Positions 1 through 15,083 of a stretch of 64,000 nucleotides of DNA are shown one piece after another. A program made the position numbers and the translations under genes. Below the pieces are notes generated by a model, which was not told the origin of the DNA, did no database searches, and worked only from the letters and a program-made list of their open reading frames with translations. Source of the DNA: Phoronis australis (taxonomy: Eukaryota; Animalia; Phoronida); assembly GCA_002633005.1 (NCBI GenBank), contig NMRA01000080.1, positions 35,985 through 99,984 of the forward strand, given 5' to 3'. The first letter of the stretch is position 1, and each line of letters begins with the position of its first letter.

Positions 1-714
1 AAGCCATTCTCAACCAATTGTTTATGTTAATAACAAACCCGACAATATTTCCCAACGCTACTAAATATTCAGCCAACGAAAATCAGAAATTTTATGTTTG
101 ATGACAAATTCTACTTAGCTCAGCAGGTAGGCAACCATACTCTAAGTATTTATTGAAATCATATATTGAAACTGAGACGGGTTGTCTCGCTGCCATGGTA
201 AGCAGATATTTCGCCAGTCACTATCAGAAACTGGTGGAAATTTCACGTTAAAAGCAGGCTACGTTGCCAAAAATATTTGAGTTGACTCATTGGTGAAATT
301 TAGAGTTATTGCAAAGCTGAACTGAACATCGTCACTATGGCAACAAGTTTTTTTACGAAGAACACCAATCTTAGGCTCGATTGTACTCATGTTAGAAGGC
401 AGGCAGCCATGAACAAATCCTTTTAATATACCTTCCTTAAAACGTAGGGCAGTTGCCAAACTTGGCAGTGCAACGTTGTCATGATAACCATGTATTTTGG
501 AGTTACAAAATTATAGTAAGCTGCACACATAACATACCAAAAATAAAAATAATATAAACCTCCTCTAGCACAGACTGACTGTTCTACCAAACATATACCA
601 CATTGTAGGACACTTTTGAAAATCCAAAACTGGTTGTCAAGGTTTACCGGAAGCTCTCGCAGACAGGCTGTATCTTATCAACAATCATTGCAGTTTGCAA
701 ACCAGTCACTGCTT

Positions 715-3700
715 TAAAATATTCCTGAGGTACATTAATCTAATTTAATTTATGAATAAAGTCTATATCAGAAATCACATATTTGTTATTCTTTCACATT
801 TTTCTAAAAAAGCGTTTTTCCAAAGTTAATTCCTATTGGCTAATGCACGCCTGACGTCAGTGAGGCTGTACCGTGGGTGAAGGCAATGAGATAAATTATA
901 GTCCTTCTCTCACGCGTTGTTAACCCTTATTACATGGTTAGAGGATGTTATAAGGATCCAAGAAGTACCTACCCCATAACTAATACACGATCCGTACTCG
1001 AAATAAGTTTAAATGAACGCGCCGCTCACGATTCGCACCCGAAGAACCACCGCCATTTTGAACTTGCTGCGAACCCGGAAGTACAATTCATTCAGGAACC
1101 CAGGCCGAGAAAACGCCGTCAGTGCGACTGGAGCAGTGCCTGTACTGTTACCAGCCAGCAAACGGGGATAAAATAATCGACAGCGCTTCTTAATTTTAAT
1201 AAAATCAAAATACGAACAATTTTATCGAATTTGCTGAAGGCGAATAAATTTTGACAGAAATTATTTTGCCAGACTCGGGACCGCAGCCTATCGGACCCGG
1301 TGCGGATCGAGACCAGACACTGGAGAACGGTAAATGCATGCGGTTGCAAGCTGTTTGTCGAAGTAAAATGGTCAAATCATAAATGCTGCATATATTCAAG
1401 GGTAGTTTCAGACACTTGCATGAAATTACGGGCTGGTTAGTCCTGTGTCACACTGCCGCGGCAGACCTTAGTTAGCCACAGTCATCAGCTACCAGTGAAG
1501 ACTATCGTCAAAATACAGCTTGTTAGTAGGCCTATACAGCTTTGCGCCAAGGCTACCCTTAGGCCTAACTGGTCGCTAGCCACAGCGCTCGCTCAAACGA
1601 GGTTTATTTAGAACTTGGGTACTTCTGGCGAACTGTGCAAAGTTGTTGGCTTTCAATAGAAATTTTCCCAGACTTTGTATGAGCTCACCAAGCCTAAAAG
1701 AATGGAGAGGCTGGAATTTTTGGGAATGTCTATCTTTTACTATAAGATTCAGTGGGTACGTTCAGAGCTATGAACTGCAGACTCTAAATTTTGGTACTTC
1801 CTGTCTTCTAGTGGAATATTGTCTCATTTTCTACTTTTTTCGGAATTCGTGCTTCTGTGACTGAGGCAGATCTTTTTCCAGTTCTCCAAAAAGGGGGCTC
1901 GTTCGAGCACATTAATATGACAAGTCCAATACAGCATGTTATTATTTTTTATTCATTAACCCAAAATGATTCAAACTTTTAACATAATAAGTAACTTAAA
2001 ATGCACAATACTTTACAAAATTTAGCATTACAAACACTATTCAACAGCAACAGTTTCCATGATATGAAAGTGGACATACATGTAACTATTACCATGGTAA
2101 CGGAATAGTGTTTTCTTACACCAGAATTTGACAAGCATCATTTAAAAAATATGAAGTTGCAAAGAACAAGAATTAGAGGCTTGAAGCTTCACAATCCAAC
2201 ATAGCTTATTTCTCAAATTAAGATTATTCATATTGTTGACTTGATTAAGAAGCAATAAGTTACAAAACATGACTTGAAAGCAATTGAGACTTAAAATTTA
2301 GAAAAACATGAATCATTTTGTGACACCGAATCAAGTCTTGAACAGCAGTTGACAGTCAATCAAAAAACCATTTCAAAATTATTTCAACTATTTTTTAGCT
2401 TAGTGTAAGATCACCTGAATTGGAAATTTACAGTAAAATAATACATCTTATATTTTTGCACAAAAACACGAAAATTGAACAAAGTTTCTTTTTTTTAGCA
2501 ACGTTTGTCAAAATGTATCAACGTTAAATCTTCACAAATTACAAAGTAACCGATTGAACATGCCTTTGAGTTCAGCAAAAGTAGCCATGTTGTCGGTGCC
2601 GCTAGAAATGAGACGAAGTCCAACGGGAATTGTGAGCACATTTATCACTTAATGAGTAACAACTGTGAGGCTGAAATTTGGTGAACACTGTTAAATCGTG
2701 CAGAATAGTAAGTAAAGATATGTCTAACTAAATTTCACCGTAATTTGTTGGCGAAAACAATTTACACAAACTTTCAAACTCGTAACTTATCCCGCTGTCC
2801 TCCAATATGGCCGACGCGACCCAAACAAAGTGACCCACATTCCGCCACAAAACTTGCAATAACTTTACACTGCTTGCCCCGATTTTGATACTTTTTCGAT
2901 TTTTACTGAGTACAATGCACTACCTTTCCGATGATAGCAAAGTACTTTTTCAAAACGAGAAAAAAATAAAACCGAAAAAAATAGGTTCGACCCATATTGG
3001 TTCCTAGGTTCGACCGGCCTACGTAAGGAACTAAACACCAAATGCTATTTTAACATACTACGTAAGTACGCGTAACATTCCAAAAAACATCAACGATCAC
3101 TAACTACAAACTATAAATACACTGCATATGCAAACGAATCACGAGATATTACTAACAAAACAAAATAATGAACACTTTTCGATCGAGCGATAGCACATTC
3201 AGTTACAAGGAAAAAATGGCGGATTTCAGGACAAGTTCCTGAACTGATGAGCCGGAAATGTGGGTACGGAAATAACCGATGACAACCGGCAATCATACGC
3301 TCAGAGAGAAGGGTCAAATACTGTTCAAAAATCGCTTTCGGCAAGAAAGGCGAAAAGAATATAAAGAAAGGGTGTCGAAAATAAGATTTTATGTAGTAAG
3401 TATTTTCGGATACTGGAACCACATGGGCAGTTTTAGAGAAGGACTTTAAGCTTATTATGTATATAGCTCATTTGGTGAATGCCTCTCGGCTCCAGAACTG
3501 TGCTTAATGCGTATAATTCGTCTGCGATCTGGTGGCTCTCAAAAGTTCTTAATACAAGTTTACTGCCGAGTAGCGTTAACTATTAGTGGAACGATGCCAC
3601 TCTCGGCACGCCGGCTGCCGGCCTAGAAAGCAAAGGGCCCCGACTGCGTAGCCTTGCCTTGGTGCAAGCTGTATACTAAATATACAGCGGCTGTTGCACC

Positions 3701-4676
3701 GACGTGGGTAAAAACTGTTCAAATAAAATCTGACACAAAATTAGAGTCATTAAAAATTACACACTTCCTTGAGTAAACTAACTTATTCACTGGCGATCTG
3801 CTGTTCATTCTGCTGCTAAGATTTAGGTATGCTCTTTAAGGTCGGCCTTCGGCGCCTTCACCTGTTGCCTTATTGGCCAGTTTCGTTCCCAGAGTTGTTC
3901 TTCTCCAAAGTATAACAAGCGATCAAACTGTTCTTTGAAATTGTGCACGTGTCATAACGAATTATTAGAGTTGATTTCATTTCCTTCCAATTTTTTGGTA
4001 TTTTAATACCAGGAAACCGAATTTCATAAAAATTTTGCTCCGATGTCGCGAAATTTTAAGAAATTGCGCGTGTTGAGCGTACTGTTTTCTTTGTTATAAA
4101 AAGGTGAGAATTATGAGATAAAATAACGTTTACTAGATCGTTTTTCACTTAAACGGCTCCAGCGGGCAAGGAGAGTGTCGGTTGACACCCAGACATTTGC
4201 ACGTTACCCTGCCGGTTGTTGATATAAGTTTCGCGACGAGGTGACGAGCACAACTGCTCGGGCTATGTGAAATTTCGGAGTCTAACGGAGTTCAACACAC
4301 AGTGCTACTGGTACCTAGCTGTATTTGGAAGATAGTCTTCATACAGCTAGCTGGATGGCTAGGCCCCGGGATGAATCAACGTCACAGGAAAGAAAAACGA
4401 AATAACTTGCGAGTATGCACATGTTGATCTGTCGACTGGACTACTGCGTACTCGCTCGGCTAATGACCTATATCTCTTTGGGCTGTACAGCCTCAATGAC
4501 GTCACGAAAAACAGCGCTTACAGTGGGGCTTTACGAAACTAATAAAGTTTTACTTTTCAAAGTAAAAAAGAAAAATACTGTGCACTATTAAGGAATTTGT
4601 GGATTCCAGTAACCAACCTATATACAATCAAAATTCATATTAAAATGCTGAAACATATAGTTCAGGCCTCTTTTAA
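715..4676. mobile_element. Older TIR element hosting the Kolobok-like copy (boundaries approximate)
   Basis: 20-bp inverted repeat tgacgtcagtgaggctgtac (852-871) / gtacagcctcaatgacgtca (4485-4504), with degenerate TTAA-bounded ends. Confidence 0.35.
900..3445. mobile_element. Non-autonomous Kolobok-like DNA transposon, copy 1
   Basis: Perfect 11-bp TIR AGTCCTTCTCT...AGAGAAGGACT, flanked by TTAT/TTAA. AG..CT termini with a TTAA TSD are Kolobok hallmarks. A second copy lies at 56488-58706. Confidence 0.75.
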
Positions 4677-4839
4677 TTATTACCATCAGCAATGCAACAC
4701 GCCATTTGATTAACCCAGAAACTCAAGTGCACTCAGCCTCGGCCTCATTCTTTCCATCCTGGGTTTGTTGTACTCGCTCCACTCTATCAATTGGTGTACG
4801 AAGACGTGGGTAAAATTTTGAGACCTTTTTTCCGGGAGA

Positions 4840-5030
4840 TATATAGAATATATAGCTTTAGCAACTATATATGCCCCATTGGGTATATGCCCCGGAACAA
4901 CATATAGCCCGCAACTATATATATATATATCTCACTAGGTATATGCCCACAAGAATAGATGTCCCATTGGGTATGTACAATATATAACCAGCAACTATAT
5001 ATGTCCCACTAAATATATGCCCCATATATC
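4840..5030. repeat. Degenerate short tandem repeat (caactatatatg/ccattgggtat units)
   Basis: Recurring gcaactatatat and cccattgggtat motifs. Confidence 0.5.
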
Positions 5031-5591
5031 CCGGTTTTCAATTGTTCATACATTCCTCGTAATAAACACGCCACACATCTTTATATATGTCACATTCGGT
5101 TAATGTGTTTATATGCCAAAAATACACTCATCCAAACAGCAGTGAACTATGTGTATATGTACACAACAGATTTTACCACTTTAAAATTCAAAAATGTATG
5201 ATACTTTTATCTTTTTATAATTCTGAAATGTTAGCCGATGACACTGTCTCCGTCAGGCTCTACGGTATATTTGGATACTTGTGCAGCAGAATTGTAAAAA
5301 ATATACTTCTATAAACATGTTGAAACCATCCTAAATGACATTCTTGGTGAACTGTCAATAATAACTTTCAAAGATGAAAACTTATTCATTTATTGATCTG
5401 GACACCAAAAGTAGAAGATGCATACCATATACCACATACGAGAAAGATTACTGCCAAATTCTATTGATATATAGCATGTGTAAAGATTAATAATGTTTCC
5501 TTATTCGTAAAATTTTAACAATTTTTCCTTGTGAATTAACTTTGAACAGATTCCTGTAAAACTGGGACTTGTTACTGTGACACAGTCAGTT

Positions 5592-5710
<119 letters not shown>

Positions 5711-8700
5711 CGCTATACCGGCGCCGACCGGCGGCCTCCATACTGGCTAGTGGCAGACGGGGCAGGTACGTCAAGATTCAGTCCAGTTACCACCAGGTTT
5801 GCGGAGGAACGATTTGGGGTTTGCGCCCCTGAATAGTACCGCCCGGCACCGGAAAGCGCCAGTGCTGATGATCGGCCGCGGGCCCGACGATCAGGAAGTT
5901 TCGGCGTGTTTCCCTCACGAAACAAAATTTTTAAAATGCGCGTTTGTACTTTACTTTATATCGTGCCACTGTAGGGAGCATCTCAGTCCTTGCCCCGCGT
6001 TGACACCTCAAGTGGTGCCCCCATCCCCGATTTCGACCTGTGTAATCCCCCAGTTAACAGATACGTGGTGCCATCCTTGGACAACACCTATTTAGCCCCC
6101 CCCCCACTTTGACAGGCGCCCGACGGCATCTGAGTCCTTTTGGTACGCCACAGAGTCAGGGCACTCGGTATGTTTATACTATGAAGTTCAGACCCGTGTT
6201 GAACTGTTTACATGATGTCACAGATACGGATCTACGTGGGGGGGGGGGTTCAGGGAGCTTAAACCACGGGACAGGACCAAAAATAAAAATTTGAAAAAAC
6301 GTCACCAGGAAAACGAAATCGCCTACAAAAACAAATAAAATATTACGCGCCTCGGATTCTCGCTAACCCTAACCCCCTACCTTACTGAAAACGTAGATCT
6401 GCCACTGAACGTCACGAACCGAGTCATTAATAAAATTGTCTTTCGTGAGCTGTTTTCTCTTGACTTTGAATGTATGCCTTTTCATACCGTTAATGTTCGC
6501 ACTGTCAGAAATATTCAACATTGGGATGGCCCGCGACTGGTGTGGAGATTAATATTCGTAGCAACCTGCAGGGACTTTACAATATGAACGCAAAATTACA
6601 ATGAGTTTTGACCAAGTCGAAGATTTTTTTGCACTGAACAGGGGGCCATGATAACCCCCTTAGGTGCCTCCTTTCCCGGCTTTGTCAGTGGCACTCACAA
6701 CGAAGATAAATAAATACGAGCAAGGCAAATTCGGCTGGTAGTCGCGTCCGCCGTCTCCATGTAAACAAACAGCAACGCCATCTATCATTTAGACGAAGCA
6801 CGCATGCCATTCACAATTTCCATATTTTTGTAATAAGTAATAATCATCAGTAGTTTTGATGGAATGGTAATTAGTAATGCTGTCTGCTTTTTCTCTAATA
6901 AAGAAACTTTTTACGTTGTTTTTGCAAGGTAATTACACGTTTCAAGGGGCCCCCTATTGGTGGTTCAGGCAACTGAGAACAGACAAATAGGAAAAAGTGC
7001 AGTTTTTGAAAAGGTGCAATATGGCTGCTACAGAGTTCCAAATTTGGCCAAAAATGGCTTCGGTGGAAACCTGCAAATTAGCCCCCACTTTTTTCAGTTC
7101 TGCGCCGCCCATGAGATTGCACCCGCAGTAACAATCGTTGTACAGGCCAACAAATCACAAATTACTGGAACGGCAATGGCAAAAGATGGCAATGACGACG
7201 AGTTACAGACAAATCGGACAATAGGTGTGGCCCCTGATATAGATTGTTTTTTACGTTTGCTTCTATAGTTTAGGCGATCGTTTTCATAAAATTTGGCAGA
7301 TAGATATGTTTTGCAGAGGTGACGCCACCTTTTTCAATGCGAATGGGTTTGACCCATTATGCGGCATCTAATGGACATTCTTATAATAGTAAAAATACTC
7401 ATAGAAGCACAGCGTTTGTGGTGCTATGGTGGGCGCATTTCAGCGCTCCGCGTTGCTCTTGTTGGCATCTGTGGTTGTATCAATCTAGTCCCTTGCAAGG
7501 TCACAATTTCGCATGTGTAGTTCTATTAACTTGACAACAGTTGGACCATCGATGTGCCTCTCAATGAAAATTTGCTTATTTTTTCTCAAAAAGTAAGTTA
7601 TGCTTTTCTCTATCTTTGGAGTTCCCTTGCGGATTTTCATTCAATTTTGGCTGACAGTGTTGTGTTAGAGAGATGACGACGCCTTAATTTGGACAGGTTC
7701 AATGTATTCTGTGCTATCTAATGGCCATTTTATGATATTAAAATACTACTGGAATTGCATTGCAGCCGTGGGTGCTTTTCAACGCTCCACGTAGCTCTTG
7801 TTTACAGAAAGCAAGCATCGAAAAATTTTACACCATTTGAGCATTTGTTACAATACTTTATTTGTCCAAGATCACAATAAGTGTGTAGGGAAATAGGCTG
7901 TTTTGAAAACGAGAATCATTCATTACAGAACACACATCCCATCAAATCTTCTCAGTATTGTCATAAAAAATTATGGTTACGTGTATCTTAATGCAGCAGA
8001 AATCTGTGCAAGTCGCGGTGTTGCGATGTTGGAAATTAAAGGTACATGCACCAAAAGATTTCAAAATATAATATAAAAACTTCCACAGAAGTCTTCAAGA
8101 CTCTGCCGAAATTGGGTAAATTTGTTTCCAGAATAATGTGTCAGTTTAGACGATTTTTGTCAGACTTGAATGTGCATAGTGTCTAGTCGTTACTTACACA
8201 GTAACTTGCCGCAACTTCGACTGCACGAGAGGAGCAACACTTGCATAGATCTTGATGAGATTTAGCTAGAACTGAAATGCATTTGATTCTATTCGAAAGA
8301 AAACATATTTTTTAATAGCCTCGTCAAAATTTGACATTGTCTATTTAATTTTGAAAACTACTGTGTGCTAGTCTTTGCACCTTTACACGGTATGTTTTAT
8401 GCTATGTTGGAGAAAATAAAAACTTAGACCTGTCCAAGCAGATATCTTAAGGAAAAGTTACATACGTATTTTTAATGTTTATTATTGTATCTACTAGCGG
8501 GTATGTCGAGCCCTGACTCGAGACAGTTCATTGTATTCTGCAGATTTTGTCAATATCTCCGGCGTTCTAAGTTTCATATGTACGCAATGCGTAACACCGG
8601 CTAAAAAGTGCCTGGACGGTAATTAAGTCTACGACAAACTCATGCTGAGTTTAATGGTTCGAAATATTCTTAACTGACTGCTGCCTACTTTGGTTCGAAA

Positions 8701-8849
8701 TGTACTTAAGGATATGTAGGACCTTGCTTCTTTATTTTTTGCAACATTGCATATATGCGTGGGTGAATCGTTCATCTTCATTTCTACGAGTTAACTTTGA
8801 AATCGACATCTTGCCTTTATATGGTAGAAAGAAAACGATTACCCAGACA

Positions 8850-9105
8850 CACTTCAAGAGAGTGTAAATTTGTTTGGTACTCATCACAGTTCGAAGGTTA
8901 CACAGCTGTCACTCAAATCAGATCTCCCGGCAAGCAAAGAGCAGTTACGTATGTACCCACAGTCCTTTCATTCAGAGAATCGCCATAATACTGAGTCATC
9001 GAGGTGTGAGTAGCATAATACGCAATTTTGATCCTGCGGGAGTCATGCATCTGCCTGCCTTAGGACCGTTGAGAACGAATGCACCGAGTTCGAGTCGCCT
9101 CGATG
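8850..9105. repeat. Dispersed repeat; inverted diverged copy at ~28245-28520
   Basis: gagaacgaatgcaccgagttcgagtcgcc (9071) is the near reverse complement of ggcgactcggacttggtgcattcgttctc (~28248). The ORF translations share NQISR.QA.SS..T.SPFI.R. Confidence 0.65.
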
Positions 9106-10885
9106 GTCTGTGACTTCGTGTTCCAGAACACAGTAAGTTGTGGGAAAAGATTTATTGTAATCTATTTCGCCCGAGGTATGGAACGAGGTATGTTGCAGAC
9201 TAAAACACGATAAGCGTAGTAGAATTATTTTAGTAACTAGTAAGTAGAAAAGCCAATGCAAGACTCTGCAAGGTGGGCATATGAAAACACACAGACTGAA
9301 GTGCACTTAGTGATAAAAGACAACTCATTGTAGTTTAATTTCAAAGTATCAGAAAATGTGTACTGTTCAGGAAAAACACTAAACCCGAGATCGACAGGAG
9401 TGTTACTGAGACACAGAGTAACAGGTCCACAAAAAGGTACACACTAGGTCAAGGTACACAGTGGCTAAACGAACAAGACCATCGTATACTGAACAAAAGA
9501 AATATGGTTTACCAATGTGATGTTGAGTAGAGAGGTGCATAAATACAAAAGTAGTACCTGGATGGCATAAATATAAATAAGTAAAATAAGCCCTAAGGGT
9601 GGATATAAATCTAAAGAATGACAAATAGCATGATGATGACAGCAGTCACGTTACTTCCAATTCCATTATGACCTCGTTTTTCACTTCCTCCCGGTTTACT
9701 CACGACTTCCGGTTACGCATGTGACCTTTGATTGAGGTCCGTCTTCAGAGCAAAGACACGATGTCAATTATGTGCCAAATTTGACCTATTTAACATTGAC
9801 CTGTGACGTCATTGCTACTTCCTACGGTTTACAGAAGACGTCATTTCCTGGTCCACATTTAAACTCTAACCTATAACCCTTGACCGACACACCTCTCACC
9901 TGACATACTACATACACGGCAGGAAACTCCATCAGTAAAACCAAGCACAGGTGGTGAGTGTTATTTTGATCATGTGAGGAGAGTAGGTTTTGTAGTTTCA
10001 AGTTTTTGTTTGTTTGGTGAAAAATCGTCGATGTGGGCGGCTGCTTTTTACCGTTTTGTATTTGAACGGCATATTTCCTTTAGACGAAGGCAAAAACAAA
10101 TTTATTGCGTCTGTGAAAAAGCGAATTTGAATTTTAACAGTGGACAGCCATAACCAACTTGGGACACTTGCGACATATATTGAAATATGTGTCTCAGGTT
10201 TTAAAGCAGCTTTTCGATGAGAGATCGGGCTCAAAACTTGAAGTGCCGACGCCAGCCAAGTTTTATTGTACTCGACCGAGAGAAAGAAAGAGTGTGTTTG
10301 TGGAGACACTAGGCCAGTGTGCCACAGTAGGCCACTTTTACTTTTATTTGCTATTAATCATGAATACTCTTTTTCCTTTATAGTTTACTGGGTTATTTTA
10401 TCGCCACGGCAGTGAAATATGTGAAACATGTTTACTAGAAAATTTCAAAGGTCCAAACGATCCACAATTCCTAAACAAATGTATAAACGAGCCGATAAAA
10501 CCTGGCGGGGGAATAAGACTATCGTCTATTGACTATACTGAAGTGAGTCTTGGATTCGCGCCCTTCACCTCAGGGCCTTAGCATAACTTAAACAGCTTGG
10601 AATAAATGTTTGTCAGGTAAATAAATAAATGATTTGAGAACACTAACACTTTCCAACGTATTTCTCTCCTCGACCCGTCCTCATAAACACCTGTTATCAA
10701 GCTTTTCACACAGATCCCACGTCACCAATGGTGACTTGTACATTAGCAACCATTGGTGTCACAAACTTACACGCAGACACAGCCTAAAAATGGTGTTACT
10801 GCAGACGCAATCATTCATATTGCCTGTGTATATTAAGTATTGTTTCCTGTTGTACTCATTTTCAAGTAGCCCCAGATTGTGAACT

Positions 10886-11536
10886 TGTCACGTGGTACTG
10901 ACATTTAAAAGCGTTCTACCCGCCAGTTCCATTTCGTATTTCGTATCTGTGTGCAGTGTATGCATGTCATTGGTTTCGTCGTTGAGATTGCAGGGTTTTC
11001 ATGATGTAAGTATTGTTCTTTTGCTTATCGTTATATTCTGGTTTGTGCAATGCATTCTCTCGTGTCCTGCGTAGTTTCAGTATTTTCGCTTTATTTACTT
11101 CGCCGTATTTCGTCCTTTGTGGTTCGTGTCGAGGGATTTGGGCGTTGTTCGCTGCGACCTTGAGATTGCGATTCACAAACCAGTCTGTTTCTAGCTCATA
11201 TTATCGTAATGGTTTAGCGTGACTTGATATCTAGTTTGCGTCACGGTCTCGCGGCAGAATTGTGTATGAATTAGGTTCGTTTTTGTATATAGTATTTCCA
11301 TATAAGATTCAGTTGATCTGATGTAGCCATTTCGTTACTTGTATATTTTCTTCGTTGATGTAAATAACGTTTTTTGTGTATATTGTCAATGCCTGTGCTT
11401 GTATTATATTTCGTAGTAGTGACTCAGGGTTTTGTTTATTTCAGTTTACGGGTTTGTCTATCTACTGACGGCACTCGAATAAAAGAATTAAGCTGTACGT
11501 AGAATCACCTGTGTTTCTCTCGATTGTTCGCTGACA
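10886..11536 (+). mobile_element. Probable LTR (651 bp) of an LTR retrotransposon, internal region absent
   Basis: TGTCA...TGACA termini, AATAAA ~55 bp before the 3' end and a T-rich body. It is followed by ctgcgccagaaca, which resembles a decayed tRNA-Lys PBS. No TSD is visible. Confidence 0.5.
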
Positions 11537-12383
11537 CTGCGCCAGAACAAATGGGGTGCTCGAATTTTTTGAGAATATGAACTTTTCACTAAGATTCACG
11601 GGGTACGTTCAGAGCTGTGAATTGGGCATTCGCAGAATTTTGATAGTTCTAAGACTTGCCTTTTTAGTGGACTTTTGTCTCGTTTTCTGAGGCGGACCTT
11701 TTTGCCGACTTCGCCAAATGGAGGGACTCGTTCGAGCCCCCCGAGCACCCACTGGGTGTGCGCATGTTTACAGTTGTCATGCATGTTGATGCTTCCTGCT
11801 TTCTAAACAGGTTCAGTAAAAATGGTAAAAAGGACAAGATTTACACAATCCGATGGCTTAGTGTGAACATATAACGAGTAAGAACGCCACCTGAATGGTG
11901 TGCTCACCTATGAAGGACCCAGATTTGTATCAAGATTCGAGAGATCTCCGGGTGTAGCCTACTAACGACTTGGAAAGTTATAGATCGTCAGAGACATTTA
12001 GATATACCTGGGGGTTGTCATTTATTACCTATTTCATGTACACCCCAGCCAACCCGCGATCAAAAACGAAAACCTTACACCAAAGACGGCAGACGACAGT
12101 GAAATACCCGGTGGCTTTAACTGGTCTTAAATAGAGGCCACTTTGGTACCAATGCGACACACCGAAAAGCGCAAGAGCTTAGCCTTTGATGTGGACCTGA
12201 AATAATATTTGGCTTTTGATATTTTTTGACATAGAGACCGCAGAATGCAATGACTTTCGGTAAAATGCCTTGCGTCTCGTAAATTCGTCAATTTCTACTT
12301 GGTATTAACGTAGAAAATATATCTGAAACTAAATAAGGCGATCCAGATCCTCCCAATGATACTATTGTTTCATGAAATGAAGA

Positions 12384-12679
12384 ATATAAATCGGTAAATA
12401 AAACAACAAGAATGGATCAACTGAAATTTGAAATTTTCGGATGTAACAACTTCCTTTATCAACAAAAACAGAAATAAAGTAAAATCAAACACAAAATGAC
12501 AATTGACATATAAGATATGGTGTATGTATCATTTTCATTACACCATATGTTATATGTCAATTGTCATTTTGTGTTTGATTTTACTTTATTTCTGTTTTTG
12601 TTGATAAAGGAAGTTGTTACATCCGAAAATTTCAAATTTCAGTTGATCCATTCTTGTTGTTTTATTTACCGATTTATAT
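12384..12679. repeat. Near-perfect inverted repeat: 141-bp arms, 14-nt spacer
   Basis: 12384-12524 is the reverse complement of 12539-12679 with one visible mismatch. Confidence 0.92.
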
Positions 12680-15083
12680 ACTTGGTATTAGAACTTCTTG
12701 GATTCTTCAGTAGAGACTTCTGACGTTTATAGTTAAATCGTCCCTAGTGACACCTTTGTTAGTTATAATTTGTGAAACAAGTTGAGATATATACCGATGC
12801 AAGCAGGTCCTTGTGTGAGACGGCGATCGGGAACGAAGCTGTTAATTCTCCATGGCGATCGTGAACGCACTTTTTTTCTCTGCATTTTTCTCAATAATCG
12901 TTCAAGTTACGGTGTTATATCAATAATTTTAGAATAATACGATCCTGAATTAGTTGATGGGTCGATTGTTTGTTATACTTTCACCGTTTTTTATGATTTC
13001 TATGTGAGATTTAGCTCCACTTAATATGATTAAATGCGTTTGATTTTTCAGTTGAACTGTAGCCACACGATGAGTGTTAACATACATGTACACGCCTTCA
13101 AAAAAGAGAAGCACAACTGCTGCATGTGACAAAGGGCTGTGTATGCATATATTTTGTGGAGCTTCGTTCAGGAAGAAACCTTTTTTGTATAACCGGATGA
13201 CAATAAAACACAGTGACACTCAGCAGCAATCAAGACCTTTACCAGCCCCTTGATTGACGTGTTGCATTGGGGCAAGATTTTTTACCGACATAAGCAAACA
13301 CAATATGAAGCGCAGTGCTCAGGAACCAAGTTGATTCAGTGCCCTGTCTGCGATCAATGTCAGGTTTCACGGAAAGAGTAAGCCTGAGGACACTCCTTGT
13401 TGTTGTGAATGTGTCATGCAAAGAGTATGCCTCCTTCTACAGGCATGAGAACCAGAATCGCCATGAATAAAATCATTCAGTCCAATAGTGAAAGTTATTT
13501 CAATAAAAGTCACTAAACTTTTTTCGTATTTAAAGAGTTTATGGTTGGTAGTTGTCTGATGTGATAGTATTTTGAAGTTTGGTTTGAACCATTTTCCTAT
13601 TTATGTTATTTCAACAGCATCTTTAACAGAACCAGTGCATTTTTGTAGTGTTTAGTTAGATTTAAATGGCCACACTATGTATCACTGGGTGATACTTACA
13701 TGCAATTGTTATGACCAATTAGTATTTTAAAAGAAAACTATATGCCTGCCATAATTGTAGAAATTGTTTTCATGTTGTTGTTGATTCCCTGTAAGAGAAT
13801 TTTATAGTATGAACCGGTCCGAAATAGACTGCCTATGATTCAGTGATGATTTAGTCTAATACATTCCAAAAATAATTCGCAGGAAATGCAATGCTGATTT
13901 CTCTAAAGCAATATTTCACATTTTGTTTCTGTTGCTTTAATACTGTTGTTGATTTCCTGTGTAATCACTACATTGTGTTTTGAAGTGATGTTAAAGACAA
14001 CATTTTACGTTTTGAAAAAAATCACAATATAGTAGGTGTATTATTACTCGTCTCAATCTTTTTCAATGTCACATTAAACTGGAGATCATGGACTGAAGAT
14101 GCACTCAGGACCGAGACTACAAAACAGAAGAGTCAATCAAAAGGTACTATATGTTGTATATCCAATCCACACCAGTGCCACAAGTCACTCTGTTTATCTC
14201 TGTATCGATAATATCAGTAAAACATCAAACAAATACCACCCGTTTTATCAGCAAAACAGTTAACACCATTTCTGGCAATTTTTAAATCCCAGACCTTCAT
14301 GAGCGGTAATCTTTGAATCACCTCACGAATGGTGTAGCCGCACTCTTCTCGCTCCCCACAGGCACGGTCATCATCATTCTTTGACTTCACTGGCGTATTT
14401 GTTTTTTTCCTTTTGCTGTCACAATCTTTCAAGAAGATTCGACTCTCACTTTCATATGCATCAGCAATTTGTTTACTCCTGGCTTACACGCCACATGGAA
14501 CAATTGCTGGGTGAGTCTTAGTTCAGAACCCCTTGTTCCCCTTGGTTTCGTCTAAAAGTATAATTATATCTGTAATTCAAAACCCTGGTAGGGTGTAGTT
14601 TTACGCCCTGATTAACCTGTTCGTAGAAGCTCGCCTCACAATAATAACAGTGAACTTGGTTCCTGAAATGAAAATAAATTCATTTGTGAAAATATCTGTG
14701 ACTAAATTAGTGCTTGATGTACATGTAGTCGCTCATTGTGATTTAATGGTAATGCCATGATGGTATTGTTCAGTTTTGACACAAAAGAAGAAGATTAATG
14801 ACGAAAAATGTGATTATCTCATTGCACCATACTTATTTTGTAACACTTTTCACGTTTTATAAGTAAAACGTTCACAATTTTTCGGCACACCACCATGCGT
14901 TCTCGATCGCATAACCAAACAAAAATTTGGGTTTCCGATCGCTAATCTTTGCGTTCTTGATCGCATCTTTCAACAGAAAGGTGTCGAAAAAATCAGAGAT
15001 CCTGACAAAACTACGAAAAACAAGAGTTGTGTTGTATTTTCAAAAGTCATTTCTTCATAACTTCATGCTCAGTTTATTGATTT

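Noticed and set aside
13030-14670. Possible minus-strand decayed coding exons (Cys-rich stretch near 13200-13400)
   Set aside because: Stops occur in all frames and I cannot assign a motif. tBLASTx or an HMM search would be needed.
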